A DNA stretch of 64,000 bases from positions 5,376,001 through 5,440,000 of the forward strand of contig CAWDXG010000004.1 of assembly GCA_963806225.1 (NCBI GenBank), written 5' to 3'. The notes under the pieces are model-generated. The model saw nothing but the letters and a program-made list of their open reading frames with translations. It had not been told where the DNA came from and did no database searches. Position numbers and translations under genes: made by a program. This DNA comes from an uncultured delta proteobacterium (lineage in GTDB: Bacteria > Myxococcota_A > Polyangia > Polyangiales > Polyangiaceae). How positions within the stretch are numbered: position 1 is the first letter of the stretch; each line of letters starts with the position of its first letter. Of the stretch, positions 27,836-37,077 are shown one piece after another.

Positions 27836-28592
27836 GTCGAGCCGCGGCTGGGCTCTGACACTCTCCATCGTGGTGGCGGCCATCGCCGCCGCCTGCGCCG
27901 GCACCTCGGGTGGCGGGGCTTCGCCGGGCGGCAGCGGTGGAGCGGGCGGGGCGAGCAGCGGGGGCACGGGCGGGGCAAGCAGCGGCGGCACGGGCGGCAG
28001 CGCGGTCGACAGCGGGCTGGATGGCACCGGGGGCCTCGGCGGGAGCAGCGGCTGGAGCTGGGGTGGCGGCAGTGCGGGGGGTGCGGGCGGTGTCCCCTAC
28101 ACCTGTGACGCAGGCGGTTTCTGGCCGTGCACCTACAGTCCGGCGTGCGCAGCGGTGAAGCCGGCGCCCGCGGATCACGACGCCTACCGGACGACGGATT
28201 GCCGGTCGTGTCACGGTCCCGGCCATCCCGACGCCAGCATTCCGGACGCCGGCGCCACGGACTCGGGAACCGACGCGGCCGCGACCGGCGCTCTGCCGCG
28301 GTTCCTGTTCAGCGGCTTCGTCTGGGACCCCTACACGCCGAAGGGCGAACCGAAGATCGAGGTCGGCGTCGGCGACGGGAACGTCTTCTACTACGCCTGC
28401 ACCGACGACCGCGGCTTCTTCTTCGTCCCCGCGTCGGCCGGACCCGAGCCCGACTGGACCGCGGTGCAGTCGCGCCTGCGCTCGGCTATCGGCGAGAAGA
28501 TCATGCCGACGCAAAAGCGGCACGGGACGGGATGCAACAGCTCACCCTACTGCCACGGCGATCCGCAGCACCACCTGTTCGCCCCGCTCTGA
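27828..28592 (+). CDS. Lipoprotein with CxxCH and CX5CH motifs, copy B
   Basis: Identical to copy A except one fewer GGASSGGT linker unit. Confidence 0.75.
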   Translation: MARSSRGWALTLSIVVAAIAAACAGTSGGGASPGGSGGAGGASSGGTGGASSGGTGGSAVDSGLDGTGGLGGSSGWSWGGGSAGGAGGVPYTCDAGGFWPCTYSPACAAVKPAPADHDAYRTTDCRSCHGPGHPDASIPDAGATDSGTDAAATGALPRFLFSGFVWDPYTPKGEPKIEVGVGDGNVFYYACTDDRGFFFVPASAGPEPDWTAVQSRLRSAIGEKIMPTQKRHGTGCNSSPYCHGDPQHHLFAPL

Positions 28593-28599
28593 GCGCCTG

Positions 28600-30132
28600 C
28601 TAGCCGAGGTCGCGCCGCACGCGCTCGGCTGCATTGTAGCCGCACATGCCGTGAACGCCGGCTCCTGGGTGCGAATAGCTCGAGCACAGATACAGGCCCT
28701 CGACGGGCATGCGATACCGGAACCACGGGAACACCGGCCGCCAGAGTAGCTGGCGGTTCCAGGCGTTGGAGCCGCCGCCCAGATCGCCTCCGACCAGGTT
28801 CGCGTCCATCGATTCGAGATCCGGCGGCGCTGCGATGTGGCGCGCCAGTATCCTGGTCCTGAACCCCGGCGCGAGCGCCTCGATGCGCTGTTCGATGCGG
28901 TCGGCGAAGGACTCCCGCGCGGCGTCCCAGCCGCCGGCGGGCGCGGAGGGAACGCGCGAATAGCAGTATAGCGTGTGCTTCCCCGCCGGCGCGCGCGTGG
29001 GATCGGCGAGGCTCTGCTGTCCGATGACGAGGTACGGATTGTCCGGCAGCTCGCCGCTCCGGACCTGACGCGCGAAGCGCGACAGATCATCGATGCTGTC
29101 CGCGGCGTGGACCACCGCGCTCTCGTGAGCGGCCTCGACGGTCCACGGCACGGGTCCGCCCAGCGCCCAGTCGACCTTGAACGTGCCCCAACCGTACGAA
29201 AAGGCGCGCATGCGGCGAAGCACCCGCGAAGGGACGTGCTCGGGGTCGAGCAGGTCGAGCAGCAGTGCGGGTGCGCCGGTGTCGGCCAGCACGGCGCGGG
29301 TGGCCGGGATCTCCTCCCCGCTATCGAGAAGGACGGCCTGCGCGCGCCCTTCGCGCACGACGACCTTGGCGACCCGCGACCCGAGGCGCAGCCGCCCGCC
29401 GTGCTGCTCGAGCAGTTCGATGAGAGCGTTGGTGATCGACTGCGCGCCGCCGCGGGGGACCGCATAGCCACCGGTGGTGGCGGTCATGCCCAGCATGAAG
29501 CCGAGCGCCGCACCGAAGCAATCGTCGGGTGCCACGTCCACATGCAGGCCCAGGCTCGGCAGCACCCGCCGCGCGGCCTCGCCCTGGAACAGACGGCTCG
29601 ACAGTCCCCGCGCGCTCGACATGAAGGTCCGGGCGACGCGGAACAGCTCGAGCGGACCGAGCCTGAGGAGCGGTCGGACTGCCGGAAAGGTGAGCAGGAG
29701 CGCGTCGAGCAGATCCCGCTCCATGACGGAGTACCACCCTGCGAGTCGCCGCCACGCATCGCCGTCCTTGCCGCCTCCGAAGTGGCGCGCCGCGATGTCC
29801 GCGTTTCGCGCGATGCAGGCATAGCTGCCGTCGGGGGCGGGGTGACAGCTCTCGAACGGTGCGTGGCACCACTCGAGCCCGTGGGATTCGAGTGCGAGCG
29901 ACCGGAACGCGGGGCTGAGCGTCCCGAACGGGAAGAACCCCGCGCCAACGTCGTGGACGTAGCCGGGCAGCGTGCTCTCGACCGAGCCGAGCGCGCCACC
30001 CGGCCGCCGCGGATGGGCTTCGACCACGAGCACGTTGAAGCCCTGCTGCGCCAGGCGGCACGCGGCGACTATTCCATTCGGCCCCGAGCCGATGACGACA
30101 ATGTCCGGGTCCCGAGCCGGCACGGTCGACAA
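28600..30132 (-). CDS. NAD(P)/FAD-dependent oxidoreductase, phytoene desaturase family
   Basis: VIGSGPNG Rossmann motif, GG...I..AL, GLYLCS...HPGAGVHGMCG.NAA. Confidence 0.9.
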   Translation of the reverse strand: MSTVPARDPDIVVIGSGPNGIVAACRLAQQGFNVLVVEAHPRRPGGALGSVESTLPGYVHDVGAGFFPFGTLSPAFRSLALESHGLEWCHAPFESCHPAPDGSYACIARNADIAARHFGGGKDGDAWRRLAGWYSVMERDLLDALLLTFPAVRPLLRLGPLELFRVARTFMSSARGLSSRLFQGEAARRVLPSLGLHVDVAPDDCFGAALGFMLGMTATTGGYAVPRGGAQSITNALIELLEQHGGRLRLGSRVAKVVVREGRAQAVLLDSGEEIPATRAVLADTGAPALLLDLLDPEHVPSRVLRRMRAFSYGWGTFKVDWALGGPVPWTVEAAHESAVVHAADSIDDLSRFARQVRSGELPDNPYLVIGQQSLADPTRAPAGKHTLYCYSRVPSAPAGGWDAARESFADRIEQRIEALAPGFRTRILARHIAAPPDLESMDANLVGGDLGGGSNAWNRQLLWRPVFPWFRYRMPVEGLYLCSSYSHPGAGVHGMCGYNAAERVRRDLG

Positions 30133-30207
30133 TCTCTCGCACTACTTTCCCCCGCTGTCCATGCCTGCTACGAGTGAAAGCAGGATGCCGCGTGAAGGGA
30201 CGCCGCG

Positions 30208-30798
30208 ATGATCGCTCTGGGGATCGATCCCGGCACCCTTCATCTGGGCTGGGGAGTGGTCGCCCGGCACGGTAATCGCATCAGCCACGTCGACCACGGC
30301 GTCATCGACCTCGACGCCCGCCTCGCCCTGCCGGCGAGGCTCACGGTCATAGAAGAGCAGCTCGACCAGGTGCTGGAACGCCACCGGCCCCAGGTTGGCT
30401 CGGTCGAGACGCTGTTCTTCCACAAGGACGCGCAGGCGGCCGCCAAGCTCGGGCACGCTCGTGGCGTCGTGCTGCTGCTCCTGGCGCGGGGCGGAATCGA
30501 GGTGGCGGAGTACGCGCCCGCCAAGGTGAAGCGCACGATTGCCGGGCGCGGCCGCGCGGACAAGCGCCAGATCCAGCTCATGGTCCGGGCGGTGCTTGCG
30601 CTCGACGAGCTGCCCCGTCCGGACGCGGCGGACGCGCTCGCTCTGGCGGTCACCCACCTCCGGCTCGGTCCGATGGCGGAGAAGCTAGCGGCGCGGGCCA
30701 AACCCAAAGCCCGGGCCAGCTCGAACCCCGCCCTGGCCGCGTTGCTCGGCCGGCGCGGCGGCCGGAAGCCGGTAGGCGGAGCCGGACGGGTGCGCTAG
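30208..30798 (+). CDS. ruvC: Holliday junction resolvase RuvC
   Basis: LGIDPG, VE..F, LGHARG, EY.P..VK, G.G.A.K.Q, DAADALA.A. Confidence 0.95.
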   Translation: MIALGIDPGTLHLGWGVVARHGNRISHVDHGVIDLDARLALPARLTVIEEQLDQVLERHRPQVGSVETLFFHKDAQAAAKLGHARGVVLLLLARGGIEVAEYAPAKVKRTIAGRGRADKRQIQLMVRAVLALDELPRPDAADALALAVTHLRLGPMAEKLAARAKPKARASSNPALAALLGRRGGRKPVGGAGRVR

Positions 30799-30983
30799 CC
30801 TTCGAAATCGCCGCCGGGGGGCGTCGGGTTAAAGCCCCGCGGTCGATTCCAGTCGTAGGGAACAATTGGAGAAATTCGTCGCGCCCGCGCGAATCTCCCG
30901 GGGGGCTCGCGCGTCTCTCCCATTGCCGGATGCGGTGTCAGCTGCCACAAATGCGCCGCGTTGTCCGTACCAGGATGTTGTCG

Positions 30984-31673
30984 ATGAAAGCTAGAAGCCT
31001 CGTTCTGTCCCTGATGGTCGGTCTGTTCGCCCCGATGGCGATGCCCGCTCCGAGCGCCGTTGCGCAGTCGAAGAAGACCGCGGCGAAGGCGCCGGATGCT
31101 TCGCAGATCGCCGACCGCGTACAGGCCTTCTACAACCATAGCCACACCTTCCAGGCCGGCTTCAAGCAGCGCTACAAGGTGCGCGCCTACAACAAGGTGA
31201 AGAACAGCGCGGGTCAGGTCGTGTTCAAGAAGCCGGGCAAGATGAGCTGGCGCTACACGAGCAACGGCAATCGCGTCGTGTCCGACGGCAAGACCATCAA
31301 GGTCTACGAGAAGGACAACAAGCAGATGTACCTGCAGGCGATGGGCAAGAGCCAGTACCCGGCGGCTCTGGCGTTCCTGGTCGGCGGAGGCAACCTCAAG
31401 AAGTCCTTCAAGCTGAAGAAGCTCGATGCCCGGGCGCTGCACTTCGAAGGCGGCTATGTGCTCCTGGCCGTTCCGAAGAAGGCGACCCCTGCCTACCAGA
31501 AGCTCGTCCTGTACGTCGACGGACAGACCGCCCAGGTGCGCCGCGTGATCCTGCTGGACGCACAGGGCAACACCAACCGCTTCACCTTCGAGCATCCGGT
31601 GATCAACAAGAAGGTCAAGCCCGGCGAGTTCAACTTCACGCCGCCGTCGGGCACGCAGGTCATCAAGCCCTAG
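30984..31673 (+). CDS. lolA: Outer-membrane lipoprotein carrier LolA
   Basis: Signal peptide; A.FKQ, G.V.FKKPGKMSWRY, VVSDGKTI..Y, F.FTPP.G. Confidence 0.9.
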   Translation: MKARSLVLSLMVGLFAPMAMPAPSAVAQSKKTAAKAPDASQIADRVQAFYNHSHTFQAGFKQRYKVRAYNKVKNSAGQVVFKKPGKMSWRYTSNGNRVVSDGKTIKVYEKDNKQMYLQAMGKSQYPAALAFLVGGGNLKKSFKLKKLDARALHFEGGYVLLAVPKKATPAYQKLVLYVDGQTAQVRRVILLDAQGNTNRFTFEHPVINKKVKPGEFNFTPPSGTQVIKP

Positions 31674-32640
31674 GTGGAGGTACGGCCGGACTGCTGCCTG
31701 CTGCGATCTCGGCCACCACTCGCTTGACGAAGGGGAGGCCGCGGGCAACGCCCGCGATGATGATGGCGATCTGCCAGACGAGCGAGAATGCGAGCACACG
31801 CTCGCCCGTCGACCAGGGCGCCATCAGAAGCCACGCTCCCTGCACGGCGCCGAAGCCGGCCACGTTGACCGGCATCGAGCCGACCACCAGCACGATCGGC
31901 AAGTACACGGCCATCACCCACAGCGGGATCATCAGCCCGAAGGCCTGGGCGCCGGCCCAGGTCCCCACCACGAGCACGTAGATCTGCAGCACGCGCACCG
32001 CGATCTGCGCGAGGCCCCGGGTTGCGTTGACGCGCTGCCATGGTTCGAACAGCACCGGTCGCCGGTAGCGGCGCAACAGACGCAGCGGCCCGAGCAGCTT
32101 GAGACCGACCAGCAGGACTGCCACCGCGGGAGCGATCACGCCGATGTGGCCGGGTGCGCGCGCGCCGCCGACCCAGACGGCCACCGACGCGACGATGGCC
32201 ACCGAGACGAGATCGCTCGAGATGATGTAGAGGACGATGCCGCTGGCCAGCGCTACGCTGCTGCCTGTCTTCCGGGCGATCCACAGGCCGTAGCCGCCCT
32301 GCCCGGCGGCGTAGCCGATCGCTCCCAGAAGGCTCGTTCCTGCCTTGCCGAAGAGCACATCCAGGTAGGGCAGCCTGCCGGTGCACCTGCGGAGCACGAC
32401 CGTGTCGGCGAGCGCGACCAGCACCAGGCTCGTGGCGAGCAGCACCAGCGCGATGGGCACTAGCGGCAGGACGTGTCCGTTTTCCACTTCCGCTGCGATG
32501 CGCCGCGGCGAGTAGCGCGCGAAGATGGCCGCAAACGCCACGGCGGCCACGAGATACGGAGCCAGGCGTCTCGCCCACTTTCCAGCACGGGAACGCGTCT
32601 CCCTGGTTCCCGTGGAGCCCACGCCCCGAGTGTACGGCAT
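31663..32640 (-). CDS. Multi-pass membrane protein, lysylphosphatidylglycerol-synthase TM (flippase-like) family
   Basis: About 8 TM helices; P.NVAGFG..Q motif; start uncertain. Confidence 0.65.
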   Translation of the reverse strand: MPYTRGVGSTGTRETRSRAGKWARRLAPYLVAAVAFAAIFARYSPRRIAAEVENGHVLPLVPIALVLLATSLVLVALADTVVLRRCTGRLPYLDVLFGKAGTSLLGAIGYAAGQGGYGLWIARKTGSSVALASGIVLYIISSDLVSVAIVASVAVWVGGARAPGHIGVIAPAVAVLLVGLKLLGPLRLLRRYRRPVLFEPWQRVNATRGLAQIAVRVLQIYVLVVGTWAGAQAFGLMIPLWVMAVYLPIVLVVGSMPVNVAGFGAVQGAWLLMAPWSTGERVLAFSLVWQIAIIIAGVARGLPFVKRVVAEIAAGSSPAVPPPRA

Positions 32641-32671
32641 CCCGGCCCGCCTGCTATAGGCGCGGAAGGTC

Positions 32672-33886
32672 GTGGACAACGTTACGCATTCCCTGGCCGG
32701 TCTGCTCCTGGCCGAGAGCGTCGTACAGATCCAGGTGGTGCGCGGTCGTCCGCCGTCGGACCGCGAGCGGAGCGCGATCTATTTCACGTCGATCCTTGCC
32801 AACAATCTGCCCGACTTCGACTTCTTGTACGCGCGCATCACGCACGGGCAGCTCGGCTATCTGCTGCATCACCGCGGCATGACGCACACGCTCGTGGCGG
32901 CGGTGCCGCTGGCGCTTCTCGCGCTCGTGCCGATCCTGGCGTGGCCGCGCTGGCGCCGACAGCTGTCCTGGTCGATCGCGGCCGTGGCGCTGCTCGGCCC
33001 GCTGCTGCACGTGCTGATGGACTACGGCAACAACTACGGTGTCCACCCGCTCTGGCCGTTCGACAACCGCTGGGTGTACGGCGACTCGATCTTCATCGTG
33101 GAACCGCTGTGGTGGGCGGCGGCGATCCCGCCGCTGATCCCGGCGCTCCGGAGCCGCGTGGCGCGTGGCGTGCTTGCGGCCGTGCTGCTGGTCGGTGTCG
33201 TGCTCGTGTGGCGGAGCGGCCTGGTACCGCCGCTGGCCCAGGCCTGGGTCGCGCTGCTGGCGGTCGCGATGGCAGTGCTGGCGTGGCGGCTGGCGGCGCC
33301 CGGGCGGCTCCTTGCCGCCGTGGTCGCCGTGCTCGGCGTTGCGGCGGTCTTCGTCGGCGCCGGGCACATTGCGCGACGCCGGCTTTCGGCCACGCTGGGG
33401 CGCGACTTCCCCGCCGACACGCTGCGCGACCTGGTGACGACCCCGATGCCCGCGGACCCGCTGTGCTGGCAGGGGATCGCGGTGCAGACGCAGGGCGGGA
33501 CCTACGCCGTGACGACCACGACCCTGTCCCTTGCTCCCGGTGTCATCGCTCCTGCCCAGTGCCAGAGCCGCACCGGCACGACGACCGCGCCGACGAGGTC
33601 CGTGCAGGCGAAGGGCGAGCGCGGGCTCGTCTATCACGGGCGTTTTTCCGCGCCGCTTTCCCGACTGGTCGCCCTCGCTCGCGACAACTGCCAGGCGCGC
33701 GCGTTCCTGCGCTGGGCCCGCGTGCCGTTCTGGGTCGGCCGCGGCAGCGAGCTCGTGATCGGCGACCTGCGTTACGACCGGTCGCCGGGGCTCGGGTTCG
33801 CGGAGCTCCTCGTTCCGCGCCATCCGGTGAGCTGTCCGCGTTTCGTTCCGCCGTGGGTTCCGCCACGGGCGGCGCTCCTGCGCTGA
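32672..33886 (+). CDS. Membrane-bound metal-dependent hydrolase (YdjM-like)
   Basis: DNVTHSL.G, NLPDFD, HRGMTH, H.LMD..N.YG..PLWPF. Confidence 0.85.
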   Translation: MDNVTHSLAGLLLAESVVQIQVVRGRPPSDRERSAIYFTSILANNLPDFDFLYARITHGQLGYLLHHRGMTHTLVAAVPLALLALVPILAWPRWRRQLSWSIAAVALLGPLLHVLMDYGNNYGVHPLWPFDNRWVYGDSIFIVEPLWWAAAIPPLIPALRSRVARGVLAAVLLVGVVLVWRSGLVPPLAQAWVALLAVAMAVLAWRLAAPGRLLAAVVAVLGVAAVFVGAGHIARRRLSATLGRDFPADTLRDLVTTPMPADPLCWQGIAVQTQGGTYAVTTTTLSLAPGVIAPAQCQSRTGTTTAPTRSVQAKGERGLVYHGRFSAPLSRLVALARDNCQARAFLRWARVPFWVGRGSELVIGDLRYDRSPGLGFAELLVPRHPVSCPRFVPPWVPPRAALLR

Positions 33887-33890
33887 GGCG

Positions 33891-35063
33891 CTACCCGCCG
33901 AACGCCAGCAGCCGGCGCTCCGGGTTGCCGTGCTCGTCTATGTGCACGTAGGGGCGGCCGCCGCTTCTGGAGAAAGCGAAGGAACCCGTGTTGAGGTAGC
34001 GCGGCCCCTCGTCCTCGTGGTGCGTGTGGCCCATGATCACGAACTCGGCGCCTGTCAGATCCGCCACCTGGCTGGCCGCGTTGCGCAGGCGCTCGACGAC
34101 GCCGCCGCTGTAGCGGCTCTTGCTCGTGCGGACCGAGTACGCCAGGTAGCCCGTCGAAGCCGCAGCCAGGCCGAGGGCGACCGGATTGCCGAGCGCCACT
34201 CCGGCGGCGGCTCCAGACGTGGCCAGCAGCGTCGCGACGATGCGGTCGAAATACAGCCGCATGAACGTGTCGCGGAAACGGTGGTGGGTCGGCTGCGGCG
34301 CCGAGCCAAGCAGCTTGGCAAGCTGGGTCGTATCGAGCCCGGTCTCGGCCGCGAAGTCATCCAGGGCACGTGCGCCGAGCTCCCGCTCGATGCACAGCTC
34401 CGCCTGTCGCCCGGCTTCGACGCACAGGCGGATAGCAGTATGGAAGTAGCGGGCCACGATCCACGGCGCCCGGGGTCCGAACAGTCTGAACGTGCGGGCC
34501 AGTCCGCCGAGCGGCGTGGTCTCGTGCGCGTGCGCGAAGTGGAGCGCGCCGCTTGGCGCAAGAAAGCGCCGGGTCAGCGAAATCCCGAGCGGCTCGGTGC
34601 CGGGAGACCACAGCGCGAGCGGATGGGCCGGGGCGTTGTCCGGGTCGTAGAGGTGGCCGTGCTCGATGTGCACGCCGCCCCGGCGCAGGAACCACGGCTC
34701 GACCGAGAGCGGCGCGCGCTCGTCGAGCTCCAGCATCCCGACGAGCGCGCGGCGCACCTCCGGGATCGTTGTCGAAGCGTCGTGGTTTCCCGCAACGAGC
34801 GTGATCGCGCCGCCCTCGGCGAGGTGCGCGCGGCACGCCGACGAAAGCTCCGCCCTCGGCTGGAGGAGCGCGACCACCGACTCGGAGGGGTCGCGCTCGG
34901 GCGGGTCGACCGACAGGTCGAACAGGTCCCCGGCCAGCACCACCTCGTAGCCCTGGTGGTTCTGGATCAGGCGGGCCAGGTCCGCGGACGTTCCTGCCCG
35001 GCCTCCGTGCGACAGGTGGACGTCGCTGACGACCAGAACGGGGCGGGAGAGGCTCGAGCTCAT
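33891..35063 (-). CDS. Calcineurin-like metallophosphoesterase
   Basis: SDVH, GDLFD, GNHD, EHGH, MGHTH, NTGS motifs. Confidence 0.85.
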   Translation of the reverse strand: MSSSLSRPVLVVSDVHLSHGGRAGTSADLARLIQNHQGYEVVLAGDLFDLSVDPPERDPSESVVALLQPRAELSSACRAHLAEGGAITLVAGNHDASTTIPEVRRALVGMLELDERAPLSVEPWFLRRGGVHIEHGHLYDPDNAPAHPLALWSPGTEPLGISLTRRFLAPSGALHFAHAHETTPLGGLARTFRLFGPRAPWIVARYFHTAIRLCVEAGRQAELCIERELGARALDDFAAETGLDTTQLAKLLGSAPQPTHHRFRDTFMRLYFDRIVATLLATSGAAAGVALGNPVALGLAAASTGYLAYSVRTSKSRYSGGVVERLRNAASQVADLTGAEFVIMGHTHHEDEGPRYLNTGSFAFSRSGGRPYVHIDEHGNPERRLLAFGG

Positions 35064-35195
35064 GAGGGGGTTTGGCCGAGCATAGCGTGGATTTCCGATT
35101 TTGCCCGTCGCGGGGCTGTTCCCCTGTTCTTCCAACCAGCCGGTCGGATAGAGGGTGTTCCACTGTTGACGCCAGTCAGGTTATGGTCGCCGGCC

Positions 35196-37067
35196 ATGCC
35201 GATGGAAACTCAGCGGAGCCGGGTAGTCGTCGAAGCGGAAAAGCTCCTGAGCGGGGTGGCCGACCGGCTATGGCCGGTGGTTCTCCGTTATAACGACCGT
35301 TTTGCCGGTGCGTCGTTCCAGCCGCGCTGGGCTCCGGCGCCCCTGATCCGCAAGAAAGAGCGGACTTTTCCTACACTGGGTTGGCCCCGCGAGACCGATT
35401 CGCTGTGTCCTATTTGCGTCAAGGAAGTGCGCGGGGCCGTTCTCTCCGGAAAAAAAGACCTTTCCGAGCTCATCGACGGTCGGCCGGGTGAGGTCAAGGC
35501 GAACATCATCGAGCGCGACGGCCAGATCTGGATGGTCAAGGAGTGCCCCGAGCACGGCGTGTTCGAGGACGTGATGAGCATGGACCCCGCGTTCCTGTCG
35601 CGCATCGAGAAGCTGTTCCCGGGGCGTGACTACGAGGCGCCGAACAAGCACCTGAGGAATCACGGCACGTCCAGCATCAAGTACGGCCGCGGTTCGGTGC
35701 TCACGGTGGATCTGACCAACCGCTGCAACATGATGTGCGACCCGTGCTTCATGGACGCGAACCAGGTCGGCTACGTCCACGAGCTCACCTGGGACGACAT
35801 CAAGAAGATCCTGGACGACAGCGTCAACGTGAAGCCGCGCCGGCAGATGAGCGTGCAGTTCTCGGGCGGCGAGCCGACGCTGAGCCCCCACTTCATCGAG
35901 TCCGTCCGCTACGCGCGGGATGTCGGTTACTTCTGCGTGCAGTGCGCGTCCAACGGCATCCGTTTTGCCCAGGAGCCGGAGTTCTGCCAGCAGGCAAAGG
36001 AAGCCGGGCTGCGCCTCGTCTATCTGCAGTTCGACGGCGTCACGAACGAAGCCAACAGCCACCGCAAGGTCGGCAACCTGTTCGACATCAAGCTGCGCGC
36101 CATCGACAACCTGCACAAGGCCGGGATCAACGTCGTGCTCGTGGTCACGATCGTCAACGGCATCAACAACGACCAGGTCGGCCCGATCGTGCAGTTTGCG
36201 ATCGACAATGCCGACAAGATCACCGTTGTCTCGTTCCAGCCGGTGAGCTTCACCGGGCGCGACGAGGACATCACCGACGAGGTCCGGGCGAAGCAGCGCT
36301 ATACGCTGAGCCACCTGGCCCACGACATGAAGACACAGCTCGGGCAGACCGAGCCCATGCGCGACTGGTTTCCGCTCAGCGCAATGAACCCGTTCAGCGA
36401 CGTGGTGGACCTGCTCATGGGTCCGGCCGCGGACTGGGGCGCGCTCAAGTGCGGCTGTCATCCGAACTGCGGCATTGGCACGGTGCTGCTCGTGCACAAG
36501 AAGACGAAGCAGATGGTGCCCGTGAGCGAGTTTCTGGACGTTGACCAGCTGCTCACCGACATGCAGCAGATCGCCGACGCCGGGCACGGAAAGAAGCGGA
36601 CCGTCGCCGAGATAGGCCTGGCGATCCTCAGGAACTTCAAGCCCGAGAAGGCGCCGCCCGGCTACGGCTTTACGGAGCTGGTGCGCCAGTTCATGAGCCA
36701 GACGGGCGCCGCCTCGAACGAGATCGGCGAGACCGAAGGCGACGCGGACAAGTTCGAGTGGCGCTTCCTGTTCGTCGCGGGCATGTGGTTCCAGGATCTG
36801 TTCAACTACGATTTCCGCCGCACCGAGATGTGCATCATTCCCTACGGCACGCAGATGGGGGAGATCAGCTTCTGCGCGTACAACACCGGCGTCGGCTGGC
36901 GGAACATCATCGAGAAGATGAAGATGACCGCGACCGTGGCGGACTGGTACCGCGAGAAGGGGCGTCACCCCGTGTACGCGAAGAACCAGAACCTGCCGCT
37001 ACCCGAGCTGCCGCTGGAGGTCGTCGTTCGCGACGACGACGGCAAGAAGAAGCTCCGCGTCGTGTAG
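35196..37067 (+). CDS. Radical SAM protein, tetraether-lipid synthase (Tes / GDGT-MAS, MJ0619-like) homolog
   Basis: N-terminal SLCPIC...KECPEHG; CNMMCDPC radical-SAM motif; QFSGGEPT; LQFDG; CGCHPNCG; C-terminal MWFQD.FNYD..R...C...ISFCAYN. Confidence 0.85.
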   Translation: MPMETQRSRVVVEAEKLLSGVADRLWPVVLRYNDRFAGASFQPRWAPAPLIRKKERTFPTLGWPRETDSLCPICVKEVRGAVLSGKKDLSELIDGRPGEVKANIIERDGQIWMVKECPEHGVFEDVMSMDPAFLSRIEKLFPGRDYEAPNKHLRNHGTSSIKYGRGSVLTVDLTNRCNMMCDPCFMDANQVGYVHELTWDDIKKILDDSVNVKPRRQMSVQFSGGEPTLSPHFIESVRYARDVGYFCVQCASNGIRFAQEPEFCQQAKEAGLRLVYLQFDGVTNEANSHRKVGNLFDIKLRAIDNLHKAGINVVLVVTIVNGINNDQVGPIVQFAIDNADKITVVSFQPVSFTGRDEDITDEVRAKQRYTLSHLAHDMKTQLGQTEPMRDWFPLSAMNPFSDVVDLLMGPAADWGALKCGCHPNCGIGTVLLVHKKTKQMVPVSEFLDVDQLLTDMQQIADAGHGKKRTVAEIGLAILRNFKPEKAPPGYGFTELVRQFMSQTGAASNEIGETEGDADKFEWRFLFVAGMWFQDLFNYDFRRTEMCIIPYGTQMGEISFCAYNTGVGWRNIIEKMKMTATVADWYREKGRHPVYAKNQNLPLPELPLEVVVRDDDGKKKLRVV

Positions 37068-37077
37068 TGGCGCCGCG

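Larger units (their letters stand above)
26217..28807 (+). repeat. Tandem duplication copy B (2591 bp)
   Basis: Begins with a duplicate of the glycosyltransferase 3' end (PAMGKWAPSSAR*); ends inside the desaturase gene. Confidence 0.95.

Noticed and set aside
23785..28592. traA/traB kin-recognition locus
   Set aside because: The domain order differs (Cys repeats precede the variable domain), I see no MYXO-CTERM tail, and the partner gene is not an OmpA beta-barrel; used only as an analogy.
28600..30132. Carotenoid biosynthesis cluster
   Set aside because: Only one desaturase-family oxidoreductase is present, with no phytoene synthase or cyclase; this family has many non-carotenoid members.
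33930..35195. N-terminal 420-aa extension of the radical SAM ORF (1045 aa)
   Set aside because: This part is the antisense shadow of the metallophosphoesterase; the recognisable protein starts at 35196 or 35202.
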